Shown here: positions 28,674 to 38,559 of the stretch, one piece after another
Layout: each line of letters opens with the position of its first letter
Position numbering within the stretch: position 1 is the first letter of the stretch
Assembly: GCA_030603885.1 (NCBI GenBank)
Contig: JAUVWW010000003.1
Location: 13,223-77,222 of the forward strand
Origin: a bacterium
GTDB taxonomy: Bacteria > Patescibacteriota > JABMPQ01 > JAUVWW01
Direction: 5' to 3'
DNA: 64,000 bases
The notes under the pieces: generated by a model
The model's input: only the letters and a program-made list of their open reading frames with translations
What the model was told of the DNA's origin: nothing
The model's database searches: none
Position numbers and translations under genes: made by a program

Positions 28674-29315
28674 ATGTTCAAAAAAAATCTTTCTAAAAAA
28701 TTTATTCTAGTCATTTTTGTTGGATTGATCGTAGTCTTAGTAACGGCTGGTTTGGGTTGTAAAGAACCAGCCGAAGAAGAAGCTGCTTCTCCAGCTCCAG
28801 TAGCCAAACCAGTGGAAAGACCAGCTGAAGAGATTGAAGAAGAGGCTAAACCAGTAGCCAAGCCCAAAGAAGAGGTTGAACCTATAGAAGAAGTAACACC
28901 CGAGGAAGAAAAGCCTCAAGAGCTTCCCCTGACAGCTGAAGATGAGCAAGCCCTAGTCCTAAAACAAGCAGAAAAAATAGCCCAGATTTATGGGACCTAT
29001 GCTACTACGGATGACCCCCCTTACAAAAATATAAGAGATCTAAAAGATTTTGGAACTGATGCATTTAATTCCTGGCTAGATACCATCATTAAAGATGTTG
29101 CTCCCACTGGTCCGTTTCATGGATGGGCCACTACGGCTATATCTTCTGCTATATTAGAAAGTTCTTTTGATTCTATGGAAATATTAATTACTTGTAAAAA
29201 AGAGGAGTTTTTAGAGACTCAGAGAGCTCCAAAAGTAAGTTATAAAATGTTGAAGATAAGTTTTAAGAAAGTTGGGGAAGATTGGAAAGTGGATAGAGTG
29301 AAATGGATAGAATAG
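28674..29315 (+). CDS. Putative lipoprotein (lipobox LGC) with acidic and Pro-rich linker
   Basis: ORF 213 aa with signal peptide plus Cys lipobox. Confidence 0.45.
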   Translation: MFKKNLSKKFILVIFVGLIVVLVTAGLGCKEPAEEEAASPAPVAKPVERPAEEIEEEAKPVAKPKEEVEPIEEVTPEEEKPQELPLTAEDEQALVLKQAEKIAQIYGTYATTDDPPYKNIRDLKDFGTDAFNSWLDTIIKDVAPTGPFHGWATTAISSAILESSFDSMEILITCKKEEFLETQRAPKVSYKMLKISFKKVGEDWKVDRVKWIE

Positions 29316-29328
29316 TGAATAGTGATTC

Positions 29329-29874
29329 TTGATTCAAAATTCAATACCCATGGAAATATCTCAACAAGAAATACAATGGAAACGTCAATTGGCTGCCATC
29401 AGGCGAGCCAAGCAAGGTATTGGAGTGGCTAAAGATATTGGAAAATCAAGATATTTAAAAGATGGAGGAAATCCAGGTCTAGAAGATCCTCCCCAGGAGG
29501 AGGAGATTTTGCCAGAGGAGGAACAACCAAGTGCAGTAGCTAGACTTAGAGAGGCTGCCGAAGAAGAAGCAAAAAGACTAGCTAAGGAAGCAATTAAGAA
29601 AGCAGCCAAGAAAGTAGTTAAGAAGGCAGCTGTAAGCGTTTTTAAGGCCTTAGCAAAAAATCCTTACTTTTGGGTAGCTGTAGGAATAATAGTGGGTATA
29701 ATTCTTTTAGTCGTGCTGGTAGTGGTAGTATATAATATTAGCGGGGGTGGAGTAGAGATTACTCCAGAGGAAAGAGCATATTATGAGGAAGTGGTAACTG
29801 AAGAAAGAATGGAAAGTTTTCTAGATAAACCTGCCCCAGTGCCTGTACCTGGAGGAATACCAATCCAAAGGTAG
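29329..29874 (+). CDS. Hypothetical single-TM protein with Lys/Ala-rich helix
   Basis: ORF 181 aa. Confidence 0.4.
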   Translation: MIQNSIPMEISQQEIQWKRQLAAIRRAKQGIGVAKDIGKSRYLKDGGNPGLEDPPQEEEILPEEEQPSAVARLREAAEEEAKRLAKEAIKKAAKKVVKKAAVSVFKALAKNPYFWVAVGIIVGIILLVVLVVVVYNISGGGVEITPEERAYYEEVVTEERMESFLDKPAPVPVPGGIPIQR

Positions 29875-29939
29875 AGGATTAAGGTTATAGGTAGGAAGTT
29901 AATATGGTTTAAGAGCTAAGGTTATATCTATTAGTTAAT

Positions 29940-30581
29940 ATGTTCAATAAATTAAAATCCATTTTTCTTTTTCTTGTCTGCCTAGCTTTATTTGTTTTAC
30001 CTCTATTTACTCTTGCCCAAGAAGGATTTTTTGGTGAGGCAGAAACAGCTACTGGAATGATTAGAAATATTTATTGGTTTGGAGTAGTCATAGTTGGCTT
30101 TGCGGCTGTGGTAGCCATTGTCATTGCTGGCATAATGTATATGCAGTCCTATGGAGATCCGCAGAAAATAACCCAGGCCAAACAGCTTTTAGGAGGTGCT
30201 CTTATTGGTATGGTCCTACTTCTTTTTTCCTACACCATTCTCCGAACCATAAATCCTGCCTTGGTAAGACTAAGGGAGCCGATGTTGGAGGTGGAGTTGG
30301 AAAAGCCTGAATGTCTTCCAAACGGGACTTCGTGTAATGTACATGCTGAATGTTGTAGTGGAAGATGTGATCCGCAAACAAGACTGTGTATAACTCCTGG
30401 GGGTGGAACCGCTGGAAAATGTAATGAAGAAGACCCTACAAAAAAACATGAGTGTTGTAAAAATAATGATACTGGCGAATTTTGGGAAGCATGGCTAGGG
30501 GTTAATCAATACTGTCACCATGTTTGTCCTGAAACCCCCGGGGGTTGGGCTGGCGTCGGTTCTTCTGCTTGTGGATTTTAA
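29940..30581 (+). CDS. VirB2/TrbC-topology pilin-like protein (signal peptide plus two TM helices) fused to a C-terminal Cys-rich domain (14 Cys)
   Basis: ORF 213 aa. It is a paralog of 31941-32951, sharing the FFGEAE motif after the signal peptide, a two-TM hairpin and P.L....P.LEVEL. Confidence 0.5.
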   Translation: MFNKLKSIFLFLVCLALFVLPLFTLAQEGFFGEAETATGMIRNIYWFGVVIVGFAAVVAIVIAGIMYMQSYGDPQKITQAKQLLGGALIGMVLLLFSYTILRTINPALVRLREPMLEVELEKPECLPNGTSCNVHAECCSGRCDPQTRLCITPGGGTAGKCNEEDPTKKHECCKNNDTGEFWEAWLGVNQYCHHVCPETPGGWAGVGSSACGF

Positions 30582-30655
30582 ATTACAGATTGAATTAATA
30601 AAAAGGGGCAGTCTCCCTGAGAACAATAGAATAATTTAACAATTAAACAATTTCC

Positions 30656-31831
30656 ATGTCTAGAAAACTTATTATCATTGGAATTGGAGCAGCTATTTTG
30701 ATTCTTATTGTTGTTGTAGTTGTCTCTACTATAATAAGAAGAAGAGCTGTTGCTCCTACCCCTGCTCCTGAACCAACTCCACCTCTGACCGAAGAAGAAA
30801 AAAGACTGATTCCTGCTGGAGAAAGGGTAATATCATCTGAAGCAGAGGAGATTGCTGGCCGGCTTAAAATAGAAAAGACTTTAGATGTTCAAACTCAGGC
30901 TCCAGCTCAGTCTGCAGAAGGAGATAATATTGTCTATTTCGATCAAAAAGCAGGCGAGTTTTATATTGCCTCAATGGCTGGAGCAAATATCGAGCCTCTA
31001 ACCCAGGCTGGATTTAGAAATGTTGAAGATATAGTTTGGTCTCCCAAAAAAGACAAAGCTATAATAGTCTTTCCTGAAGAAAAGCATACTTATGATCTAG
31101 TAGAAAAATCATCAACCAAACTAGATGAGCACATGACTGCTGCCACTTTTTCTCCAGATGGATCAAAGATTCTTTATAAATTCGATTCAGATACTCTTCG
31201 TGCTTTATCAATGGCTGACCCCGACGGTTCTAATTGGAAAAGGATTAAAGATGTGGGGCCGGGGAATTTAGTTTTACATTGGTACAGGCCAGACAGAATT
31301 GCCTATCATTCTCCTGCCTCAGGATATTCTCGGACCACTATTTATACTTGTAATTTAGAAGGAAAAGACATAAAAGTTATTGCTTCGGATAACTATGGCT
31401 CAGGAGCCAAATGGTCTCCTGATGGCTTAAAAATGATCTTTACCACCTCACCAAAAGAATCTTCTAGCCTAGCTTTGAAGCTGGCTTGGGGTGATGGAAG
31501 TCATGTTAGAGATCTTGGCATGAATAGCCTGGTTGAAAAATGCACTTTCTCTCAAGATTCAAAATCTTTATATTGCGCTCTTCCTGAACCTGTCTCAACT
31601 GTATTTGTTTTACCTGATGATTGGTATGACAAGAAAGTAATCACCTCTGATTCTTTTTGGAAAATAGATACCGAGACTGACGAGCGAACAAAAATAGCCT
31701 CAACTGACGACATTGAGACACTATATGGTAAGACTTTTGACGCTTCGAATTTATTTGTTTCACAAGATGCTTCAAGACTTTTCTTTACTGCTAGAAATGA
31801 TGGTAAGTTGTATAGTTTGATACTGCCTTAG
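30656..31831 (+). CDS. Membrane-anchored PD40/TolB-like beta-propeller protein
   Basis: ORF 391 aa with an N-terminal TM helix and repeated WSP.../SPDG... blades. It is a paralog of 32977-34152, with shared C-terminus DGKLYSL. Confidence 0.5.
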   Translation: MSRKLIIIGIGAAILILIVVVVVSTIIRRRAVAPTPAPEPTPPLTEEEKRLIPAGERVISSEAEEIAGRLKIEKTLDVQTQAPAQSAEGDNIVYFDQKAGEFYIASMAGANIEPLTQAGFRNVEDIVWSPKKDKAIIVFPEEKHTYDLVEKSSTKLDEHMTAATFSPDGSKILYKFDSDTLRALSMADPDGSNWKRIKDVGPGNLVLHWYRPDRIAYHSPASGYSRTTIYTCNLEGKDIKVIASDNYGSGAKWSPDGLKMIFTTSPKESSSLALKLAWGDGSHVRDLGMNSLVEKCTFSQDSKSLYCALPEPVSTVFVLPDDWYDKKVITSDSFWKIDTETDERTKIASTDDIETLYGKTFDASNLFVSQDASRLFFTARNDGKLYSLILP

Positions 31832-31940
31832 CTATAAAGACACAAATTTTCCACGAATATTAACTCGAATAAATATAGTGCAGACCTTCGGTCTGCTTTT
31901 GTTAGACATAAGGCATGTTTTTTGATAGAATACAATTAGT

Positions 31941-32951
31941 ATGCGTCTCAAAATAATGACAATCTCAATTTCGATTATTCTAGCAAGTGTTTGTGCTACA
32001 AGCATAGCTCATGCTCAGGCAGTTCCCTTTTTCGGAGAGGCAGAAAATATCTGTGAGCTAATAAAAAACATTGTTTATTTTGGAGTAGGTTTAGCTGGTG
32101 TTGCTGCTATGCTGGTGATCATGATTGGAGGGATTATTTACATGGTTTCTTTTGGTTCGGAGGAAAGAAAGAAAACTGGCATGGACCTTATGGGAGGGGC
32201 AGTCAAAGGCTTACTTTTAGCTCTTTTTTCCTGGACCATTTTTTATATTATTAGTCCCTATCTTTTAAGATGTAAAGTGCCTGTGTTGGAAGTAGAGCTA
32301 CCAGAATGGTATGGAGAAAGAGAAAGAGGGATAGCAAAACGCCTTCCTTGTCAAGGTAAGGAAACCTTTGACCGGGCTGAATGTAGCACAAAATGTGGCG
32401 TAGAGCCAGGCGAAGCAAGGCCAGGCATGAATTGTATCCCAGAAAAGAATTCTTGTGGTCAAGAAGGAGATAAATACTGTTGCCTAGATTTAAAAATCGA
32501 TCATATCACTGTTCATTGGACAGCTGGACATCCTAGTCATATCACTAATTTCTGTACAAATGGGTATCTTGGATATCACTATGTTGTCGATTCACAGGGA
32601 ACTGTTCATCAAATGGCAAAGGATTGGGAAATCCCCCCCTGGCATACTAAAGGTAGAAATACTCGGGGCATTGGTATTACTGCCGCAGGTATGGCTGGAG
32701 CCGGCACAACTTGCTATGTGGAGAGTGGTGATATCGGTGGATGTCCTAATTGTCCAAACTGTCTTACCCAGGCTCAGATAAATGCAATGAAAGCCAAAAT
32801 AGCAGAACTAGCAAATAAATATAATATTCCTTCTACTACTGCCGGTATAATCACACACGGAGAAGCTGCTATAGAAGATGGATACTATCCAAATAGATGG
32901 GAATACACTGTAAAAAATAAGGTTAACTATGGACCCGAATTTCGACAATAA
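31941..32951 (+). CDS. VirB2-topology pilin-like protein fused to a Cys-rich region and a C-terminal Amidase_2/PGRP-type N-acetylmuramoyl-L-alanine amidase domain
   Basis: ORF 336 aa. HITVHWTAGH...YHYVVDSQGTVHQ...WHTKGRNTRGIGI matches the Amidase_2 core. The N-terminus is paralogous to 29940-30581. Confidence 0.6.
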   Translation: MRLKIMTISISIILASVCATSIAHAQAVPFFGEAENICELIKNIVYFGVGLAGVAAMLVIMIGGIIYMVSFGSEERKKTGMDLMGGAVKGLLLALFSWTIFYIISPYLLRCKVPVLEVELPEWYGERERGIAKRLPCQGKETFDRAECSTKCGVEPGEARPGMNCIPEKNSCGQEGDKYCCLDLKIDHITVHWTAGHPSHITNFCTNGYLGYHYVVDSQGTVHQMAKDWEIPPWHTKGRNTRGIGITAAGMAGAGTTCYVESGDIGGCPNCPNCLTQAQINAMKAKIAELANKYNIPSTTAGIITHGEAAIEDGYYPNRWEYTVKNKVNYGPEFRQ

Positions 32952-32976
32952 AAAACTTAAATGTTAAGTTTGATTT

Positions 32977-34152
32977 ATGAAATTAAGTAAGAGAGCAATT
33001 ATTTTCGGCTGTGCACTGGTAATTTTAATAATTGCAGCCATTATTATTTTTGTTAGGAGAAGAGCAGTTCCTAAAGTTCCAGAAGAAGAGATTCACGAAC
33101 GAATAACTTTTTTAGAAGCTAATCCAGACATTAAATTAGCTTTTGAAGAATCACAGACCCCTGTCGTTCCAGAACCTTTAAAGATAACTGAAGTTATTGA
33201 TGATAGGGTTTCTTTTCCTAGCTTGTCTTTAGAAGAGAGGGGTATTTTTTACTTTTCTCTAACGGGTGGAAGACTTTATAGGACACAATTGGATACAAAA
33301 GAGAAAAGAGAATTATTTCCACTAGCACGATTCGAGAATATGGACAGTGTTATTTGGTCGCCTTTGTTTAATCGAGCTATCATTTCTTATCGCTCCTTTC
33401 CCAAAGAATATCTATTAGATGATTTAGAATATTTAGAGATGCCTGTTACCAAAGAAGTACTCGATTTTTCTAGTCAATCCTCGGTCAGATTAAATAAGAA
33501 TATAGAAGATGTCATGTGGACTCCTAGTGGCGATAGAATTGTCTATCATTATTTAGATGAAGAACAAGATCTAAGTGTAATAAGTATTGCTGATCATGAT
33601 GGTGGTAATTGGAGGAATTTAAAGGAATTAACTATTACACCTTACTCAAAAGTTTTAAGACTTGTTAAATGTTATAGTAATAGGGTTCTTTTTGTTTCTT
33701 TTTCTGATGATGGTTCAGAATTTACCTTATATAGTTTGGATTTATTTAGTGGAGAGCAGACCAGGATAATAGATAAAATCCGGTGGGCAAAGCCATCCCC
33801 AGATGGAAGAAGTATTTTAGTAGAGGCTATGGAAAATGGTAATTTGATTCATTTTGTGATGGATTTAGACAGGAGAACGAGAGAAATTTTAGATATAGAT
33901 ACCTTGATAAATAAATGTGTTTGGAGTAATGATAACACAACTATTTACTATGCCTTAGGAGATAATGTTAATTATTTAGTTTCTGATAGTTTTTGGAAGC
34001 TAAACACTGTTACAGGTCAAAAAACCCAACTTACTAATTTAGATCTAGACTCTCCTATTGATGCCAGTGATCTATTTCTATCTCAAGATGAAAAGACTCT
34101 TTTCTTCAAAAACAATATTGATGGCAAGCTTTATTCCTTGGCTCTTTACTAG
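32977..34152 (+). CDS. Membrane-anchored PD40/TolB-like beta-propeller protein (paralog 2)
   Basis: ORF 391 aa with the same architecture and length as 30656-31831. Confidence 0.5.
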   Translation: MKLSKRAIIFGCALVILIIAAIIIFVRRRAVPKVPEEEIHERITFLEANPDIKLAFEESQTPVVPEPLKITEVIDDRVSFPSLSLEERGIFYFSLTGGRLYRTQLDTKEKRELFPLARFENMDSVIWSPLFNRAIISYRSFPKEYLLDDLEYLEMPVTKEVLDFSSQSSVRLNKNIEDVMWTPSGDRIVYHYLDEEQDLSVISIADHDGGNWRNLKELTITPYSKVLRLVKCYSNRVLFVSFSDDGSEFTLYSLDLFSGEQTRIIDKIRWAKPSPDGRSILVEAMENGNLIHFVMDLDRRTREILDIDTLINKCVWSNDNTTIYYALGDNVNYLVSDSFWKLNTVTGQKTQLTNLDLDSPIDASDLFLSQDEKTLFFKNNIDGKLYSLALY

Positions 34153-34221
34153 TGAGCAGTTAGAATGATGGGATACCAAGAAAATTTTTGAGTTTTTAAT
34201 TTGTCTTTTTAATTTTTCTTC

Positions 34222-35586
34222 ATGCCTAAATCAAGAACAATCTATGTTTGTTCAAACTGTGGAGATGAGTTTTTGAAATGGGCTGGAAAATGTGAGGCTT
34301 GTGGAGAGTGGAACACTTTAAAAGAATTGAGAATTACCAAATCTGAAGGAGGAAGCGGAAAAAGAGAAGCTAGCCAGCCAGTGAGTTTCGATCAGATTCA
34401 GCAGGAAGGTTTTTCTAGATTAATGACTGGAATTTCTGAGTTTGATCGGACAGTAGGAGGAGGAATTGTTCCAGGATCTGTTATTCTTCTTGGTGGAGAT
34501 CCGGGGATAGGGAAATCAACACTCATTTTGCAAGCCTGTGACAAGATTACACAAATGCTCTCGGATAACAGTCTACTTTACGTATCAGGCGAAGAATCAG
34601 CAGAGCAGATTAAAATGAGAGCAGATAGGTTGGGAATTAAGGCTCAAAATTTACAGTTTCTAGCTGAGACAAATATCGATTCTATAGTGGCTACCATAGA
34701 TAAGACTAAACCTGGGCTAGTGATTATTGATTCTATCCAAACTATGTGCCAAGAAGATATTCCTTCTTCGGCAGGAAGTGTTGCTCAAGTCAGAGCTTGT
34801 GCCTTAAAACTCATTGAAATAGCCAAGGCTAATCATATTCCCATAGTCCTTATTGGTCATGTGACTAAAGGAGGAGAGGTGGCTGGTCCAAAAACCCTAG
34901 AACATTTAGTAGATTGTGTGCTCTATTTAGAAGGTGAGCGATATGGAACCTATAGAATTCTAAGGGGAACAAAAAATAGATTTGGATCAACTGATGAAGC
35001 AGGAGTATTTGCCATGACTGAGACGGGGATGACTGAGGTCAAAAATCCCTCTGGTGTGTTTTTGCAGGAGCGAAAAAAAGGAGCAACTGGATCTTGTGTT
35101 ACGGCTACTCTTGAGGGAACAAGGACATTTCTGCTGGAGATTCAGGCTTTAACTTCCTTAACTAATTTTGGTTATCCCAGACGAACTGCTTCTGGTTTTG
35201 ACTTTAATAGGATGCAGTTGCTAATTGCTGTTTTACAAAAGAAGGCTCGACTTAAACTAGATAACCAAGATGTATATTTAAATATAGTTGGTGGCTTTAG
35301 AATTAGAGAGCCAGCTTGTGATTTAGCTTTCTGTCTAGCTATTGCCTCTTCTTATACAGGGAAAACAGTTGATCCTGAGATGGTGGTGATAGGTGAAGTA
35401 GGTCTAAATGGAGAGATCAGATCAGTGAGCAAACCAGAAAAGAGAATTTCTGAAGCAGCTAAGCTTGGATTTAAAAAAGTGTTAATACCAGCTTTTGTAG
35501 CTCAGACCTTTAGTTCTGACAACAAGGGTGTAAATGTTATCAAAATAAGAACAGTCCAGGAGGCGATTGAGAAGGCGTTAAAATAA
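34222..35586 (+). CDS. radA: DNA repair protein RadA/Sms
   Basis: ORF 454 aa with an N-terminal C4 zinc finger (CSNCG...CEACG), a RecA-like P-loop (GGDPGIGKST) and a Lon-like C-terminus. Confidence 0.9.
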   Translation: MPKSRTIYVCSNCGDEFLKWAGKCEACGEWNTLKELRITKSEGGSGKREASQPVSFDQIQQEGFSRLMTGISEFDRTVGGGIVPGSVILLGGDPGIGKSTLILQACDKITQMLSDNSLLYVSGEESAEQIKMRADRLGIKAQNLQFLAETNIDSIVATIDKTKPGLVIIDSIQTMCQEDIPSSAGSVAQVRACALKLIEIAKANHIPIVLIGHVTKGGEVAGPKTLEHLVDCVLYLEGERYGTYRILRGTKNRFGSTDEAGVFAMTETGMTEVKNPSGVFLQERKKGATGSCVTATLEGTRTFLLEIQALTSLTNFGYPRRTASGFDFNRMQLLIAVLQKKARLKLDNQDVYLNIVGGFRIREPACDLAFCLAIASSYTGKTVDPEMVVIGEVGLNGEIRSVSKPEKRISEAAKLGFKKVLIPAFVAQTFSSDNKGVNVIKIRTVQEAIEKALK

Positions 35587-35613
35587 AAATATAAAAATTT
35601 AATTGAAATAAAT

Positions 35614-35647
35614 AACGGTGAATCTCGAATGCTCAAGATTCACCGTT
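35614..35647. terminator. 12-bp perfect hairpin (aacggtgaatct...agattcaccgtt) between convergent radA and dksA-like genes
   Basis: An inverted repeat with flanking A/T runs. Confidence 0.55.
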
Positions 35648-35662
35648 CCCCACATCATAAAG

Positions 35663-36064
35663 TTATGCACGTACTTGCGTGGTGTAGGGTGTTCTTTTTC
35701 TAAGATGGCTTTCGGTCGCCTTCTTACATTTCACACAGAGTCTCGCTTCTGGTTTAATCTGAAGGCGGTCTTTTGAAATTGGCTCCTCACAAATTACGCA
35801 GATGCCATACTCCCCAGTTCTCACTCGTTCTATTGCTTCCTCAAAGTCTCTCAGTTGCTTCTGGAGACGCAATAGCCGTGTTCCATTCATCCGACCGAGC
35901 TCCTCACTGTCACTATCAGCCAGATGATTACCATAGTCTTTGTCTTTCAGTGTCTTAGCTTTTTCTTCCAAGGAATTAATCCGTTTCATGATCTTGTTTC
36001 TTTTTTCTTGTAAGATCCGCAGAATCTTATTGGTTTTCACCTTTGTCATCCTTTGCGTTGCCAT
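35663..36064 (-). CDS. DksA/TraR-family C4 zinc-finger protein (second copy)
   Basis: ORF 133 aa with a C-terminal CVICEEP...CVKCKK motif. Confidence 0.65.
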   Translation of the reverse strand: MATQRMTKVKTNKILRILQEKRNKIMKRINSLEEKAKTLKDKDYGNHLADSDSEELGRMNGTRLLRLQKQLRDFEEAIERVRTGEYGICVICEEPISKDRLQIKPEARLCVKCKKATESHLRKRTPYTTQVRA

Positions 36065-36348
36065 CTGTGCCCTCCTCTTTTTATTGAGTTTTTCTTATTT
36101 TCCATTTCTTTGAACTCATATAAAAAGAGTTACTACAGGCCATCTAATATCTTTTTCATTACCACCTCCTTTTTTAAAGGTACAAAGTTATGTTTATGGC
36201 GAGCCAGCGAGAGGAGTTATCAAATAAGGGAGAAGAGGGCACCCCCAACCCTTATTTGATAGTAGGGAGTAAGCAGTAGGAAAAGGCCCGCCATTTTTAT
36301 CAAGGTACTGTCTATATTATAATTTACTAAAAAATCTTGTCAAGGCTT

Positions 36349-38418
36349 TTATTCTAAATGTACCATTTCTCCAAATTCCTTAAGTTTTTCTCTTAATTGA
36401 GGGAAATTTTTTAATTGAGGCTCTTTTTCTAAAAGTTTCTTAGCTTCGTCTCGAGCTTTCTTTAGAGTAATAGCATCCATCAAAGAAGCCATCTTTAGAT
36501 CTGGGATTCCCCATTGTCTTAGACCAAATACCTCGCCTGGTCCTCGCATTTTAAGATCAATTTCTGCCAGCTCAAATCCGGATTTTGCTTGGACTAGAGA
36601 GCTTAATCTTTTTCTTACTTTTTCCGTTTCAGAATCAGAAAACAGAAAACAATAGGATTTAGCTTTTCCTCTGCCCACTCTTCCTCTAAACTGATAAAGC
36701 TGAGCCAGTCCAAATCTTTCTGCTCCTTCAATCATCATTACTGTTACATTAGGTACATCAATTCCCACTTCAATAACTGGGGTAGAGACCAGAATATCAA
36801 TTTTGCCTTGGGCAAAATCAGACATTACTTTTTCTTTCTCCTCTTTTTTTAACTTTCCATGCAAGAGTCCGATTTTGTAATGAGGAAAGATTTTCTTGGA
36901 TAATTTTTTGTATTCTTCAGTAGCTGACTTTACTCCTAACTTATCTGATTCTTCAATCAAAGGACAAACTACATAAACCTGATGTCCTTTTTTTATTTGA
37001 TCAGAAATAAAATCATAAGTTTTTTCTCGATCCTCCAAGGAGACTACTTGGGTCTCGATTTTTTGCCTTCCTTTAGGCATCTCTGAGATGATGGATAAAT
37101 CTAGGTCGCCATAAATACTCAAGGCTAAAGTGCGAGGAATAGGAGTGGCGGTCATGGATAAAAGATGAGGAGTCAGACCTGATTTATTAATTTTTCTTAA
37201 TCTAGCCCTTTGTTTTACTCCAAAGCGATGCTGTTCATCAACAATAACCAAGGCTAGATCTTTGAATTTAACTTTTTCTTGAAGCAAAGCATGAGTGCCG
37301 ATAAGAACTTGTATTTTACCTTTTTCTAATTTACTAAGCATCTGAGAACGTGATATTTCTTTTGAGAGTGACTTTTCTTTAATTTTAGAGTCAGTACGGG
37401 TTAACAGTCCGACAATAGAATCAAATTTTTTTAATAGATTAGAGATGGTCTCAAAGTGTTGTTTGGCTAAAATCTCAGTTGGTGCCATCAAACAAGACTG
37501 TAGACCAGCTTTAGTAGCCTCTAACATAGCCATGGTGGCCACTACTGTTTTTCCTGAGCCGACATCCCCTTCTAGGAGTCTTGAGGCTGGTTTTTCTTTT
37601 TCTAAATCCTTGATGATTTCCCAGGCGGATCGTTTTTGATCATCGGTTAGTTTATAAGGCAGAGACCGGACAAATGACTTTATTAATTCTTTGGGAAATT
37701 TGACAGGATAAGATTTATTTTTTTGCCACTCAAGTCTTTTAGATAGAGAATTGAGCTGGATTAGAAATAATTCATCAAAAACCAGCCTTTTTTTGGCTTG
37801 TTTAAGCCTAAAACTGTTAGTGGGGAAATGGATTTCTCGGATAGCCCAAGGAAGGGAAATTAGATTTTGATTTTGTTTTATTTCAGCAGATAAAAAATCT
37901 TTGATTTGATTGGTGTATTTTAAAAGGGGTTTGATAATAAAACGCAACCACTTAGAAGTTAGATTTTCTGTCACAGAATAAACGGGAACAATTCTTCCGA
38001 CATGAACCTGATCTTTTTTAACTTTTTCATAAGCCGGATTTTCAAGTTGCAGACCAGAAATTCCCAGTCCTACCTTGCCAGCCAATAAGACCTCGGTTTT
38101 TGGTCTTAAAAAACGAGCAATAAAAGGTTGATTAAACCAGATAGCTAAAATTGATCCTGTTTTATCTTTGATCAAGGCTTGGGTGATGATCATTCTCTTT
38201 CTGGGGGTTCTTTTATTTTCAATGACTTGTATGATTCCTCTGACCGTAGCTGTTTGTTCTCTTTTAAGATTAGAGATTTTAGAAATAGTACTAAAATCAT
38301 CATACCTTAAAGGAAAGTGAAAAAAGAGATCTTTTAAAGTAAAAAGACCCAGTTTTTTTAAAGCCTTTTGATGCTTTTTGTCTATTTTTCGGATTTGAGT
38401 AAGTAAAGTATCAAGCAT
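36349..38418 (-). CDS. recG: ATP-dependent DNA helicase RecG
   Basis: ORF 689 aa with a wedge domain and helicase motifs (DVGSGKT, DEQHRFG). Confidence 0.9.
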   Translation of the reverse strand: MLDTLLTQIRKIDKKHQKALKKLGLFTLKDLFFHFPLRYDDFSTISKISNLKREQTATVRGIIQVIENKRTPRKRMIITQALIKDKTGSILAIWFNQPFIARFLRPKTEVLLAGKVGLGISGLQLENPAYEKVKKDQVHVGRIVPVYSVTENLTSKWLRFIIKPLLKYTNQIKDFLSAEIKQNQNLISLPWAIREIHFPTNSFRLKQAKKRLVFDELFLIQLNSLSKRLEWQKNKSYPVKFPKELIKSFVRSLPYKLTDDQKRSAWEIIKDLEKEKPASRLLEGDVGSGKTVVATMAMLEATKAGLQSCLMAPTEILAKQHFETISNLLKKFDSIVGLLTRTDSKIKEKSLSKEISRSQMLSKLEKGKIQVLIGTHALLQEKVKFKDLALVIVDEQHRFGVKQRARLRKINKSGLTPHLLSMTATPIPRTLALSIYGDLDLSIISEMPKGRQKIETQVVSLEDREKTYDFISDQIKKGHQVYVVCPLIEESDKLGVKSATEEYKKLSKKIFPHYKIGLLHGKLKKEEKEKVMSDFAQGKIDILVSTPVIEVGIDVPNVTVMMIEGAERFGLAQLYQFRGRVGRGKAKSYCFLFSDSETEKVRKRLSSLVQAKSGFELAEIDLKMRGPGEVFGLRQWGIPDLKMASLMDAITLKKARDEAKKLLEKEPQLKNFPQLREKLKEFGEMVHLE

Positions 38419-38504
38419 CTTGGAAATTTAGACTTTAGTCTGCCTCTTGCTGTACACTAAAGTGTACTATTCCATTATTCTATCAGATTTCCCTTTAATA
38501 AAAA

Positions 38505-38536
38505 AGAGGGAAGTCCTTTAATATGACTTCCCTTTA
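38505..38536 (-). terminator. Intrinsic terminator for the radical SAM gene (gggaagtc...gacttccc plus U-run on the minus strand)
   Basis: 8-bp stem followed on the minus strand by UCUUUUUUAUU. Confidence 0.55.
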
Positions 38537-38559
38537 ATTCTGTACTGCAGAATCTTATA

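Noticed and set aside
36215-36260. 10-bp inverted repeat caaataaggg...cccttatttg downstream of recG, considered as a terminator
   Set aside because: There is no U-run on either strand after the stem. It may still be a protein-binding palindrome, but it is not a convincing intrinsic terminator.
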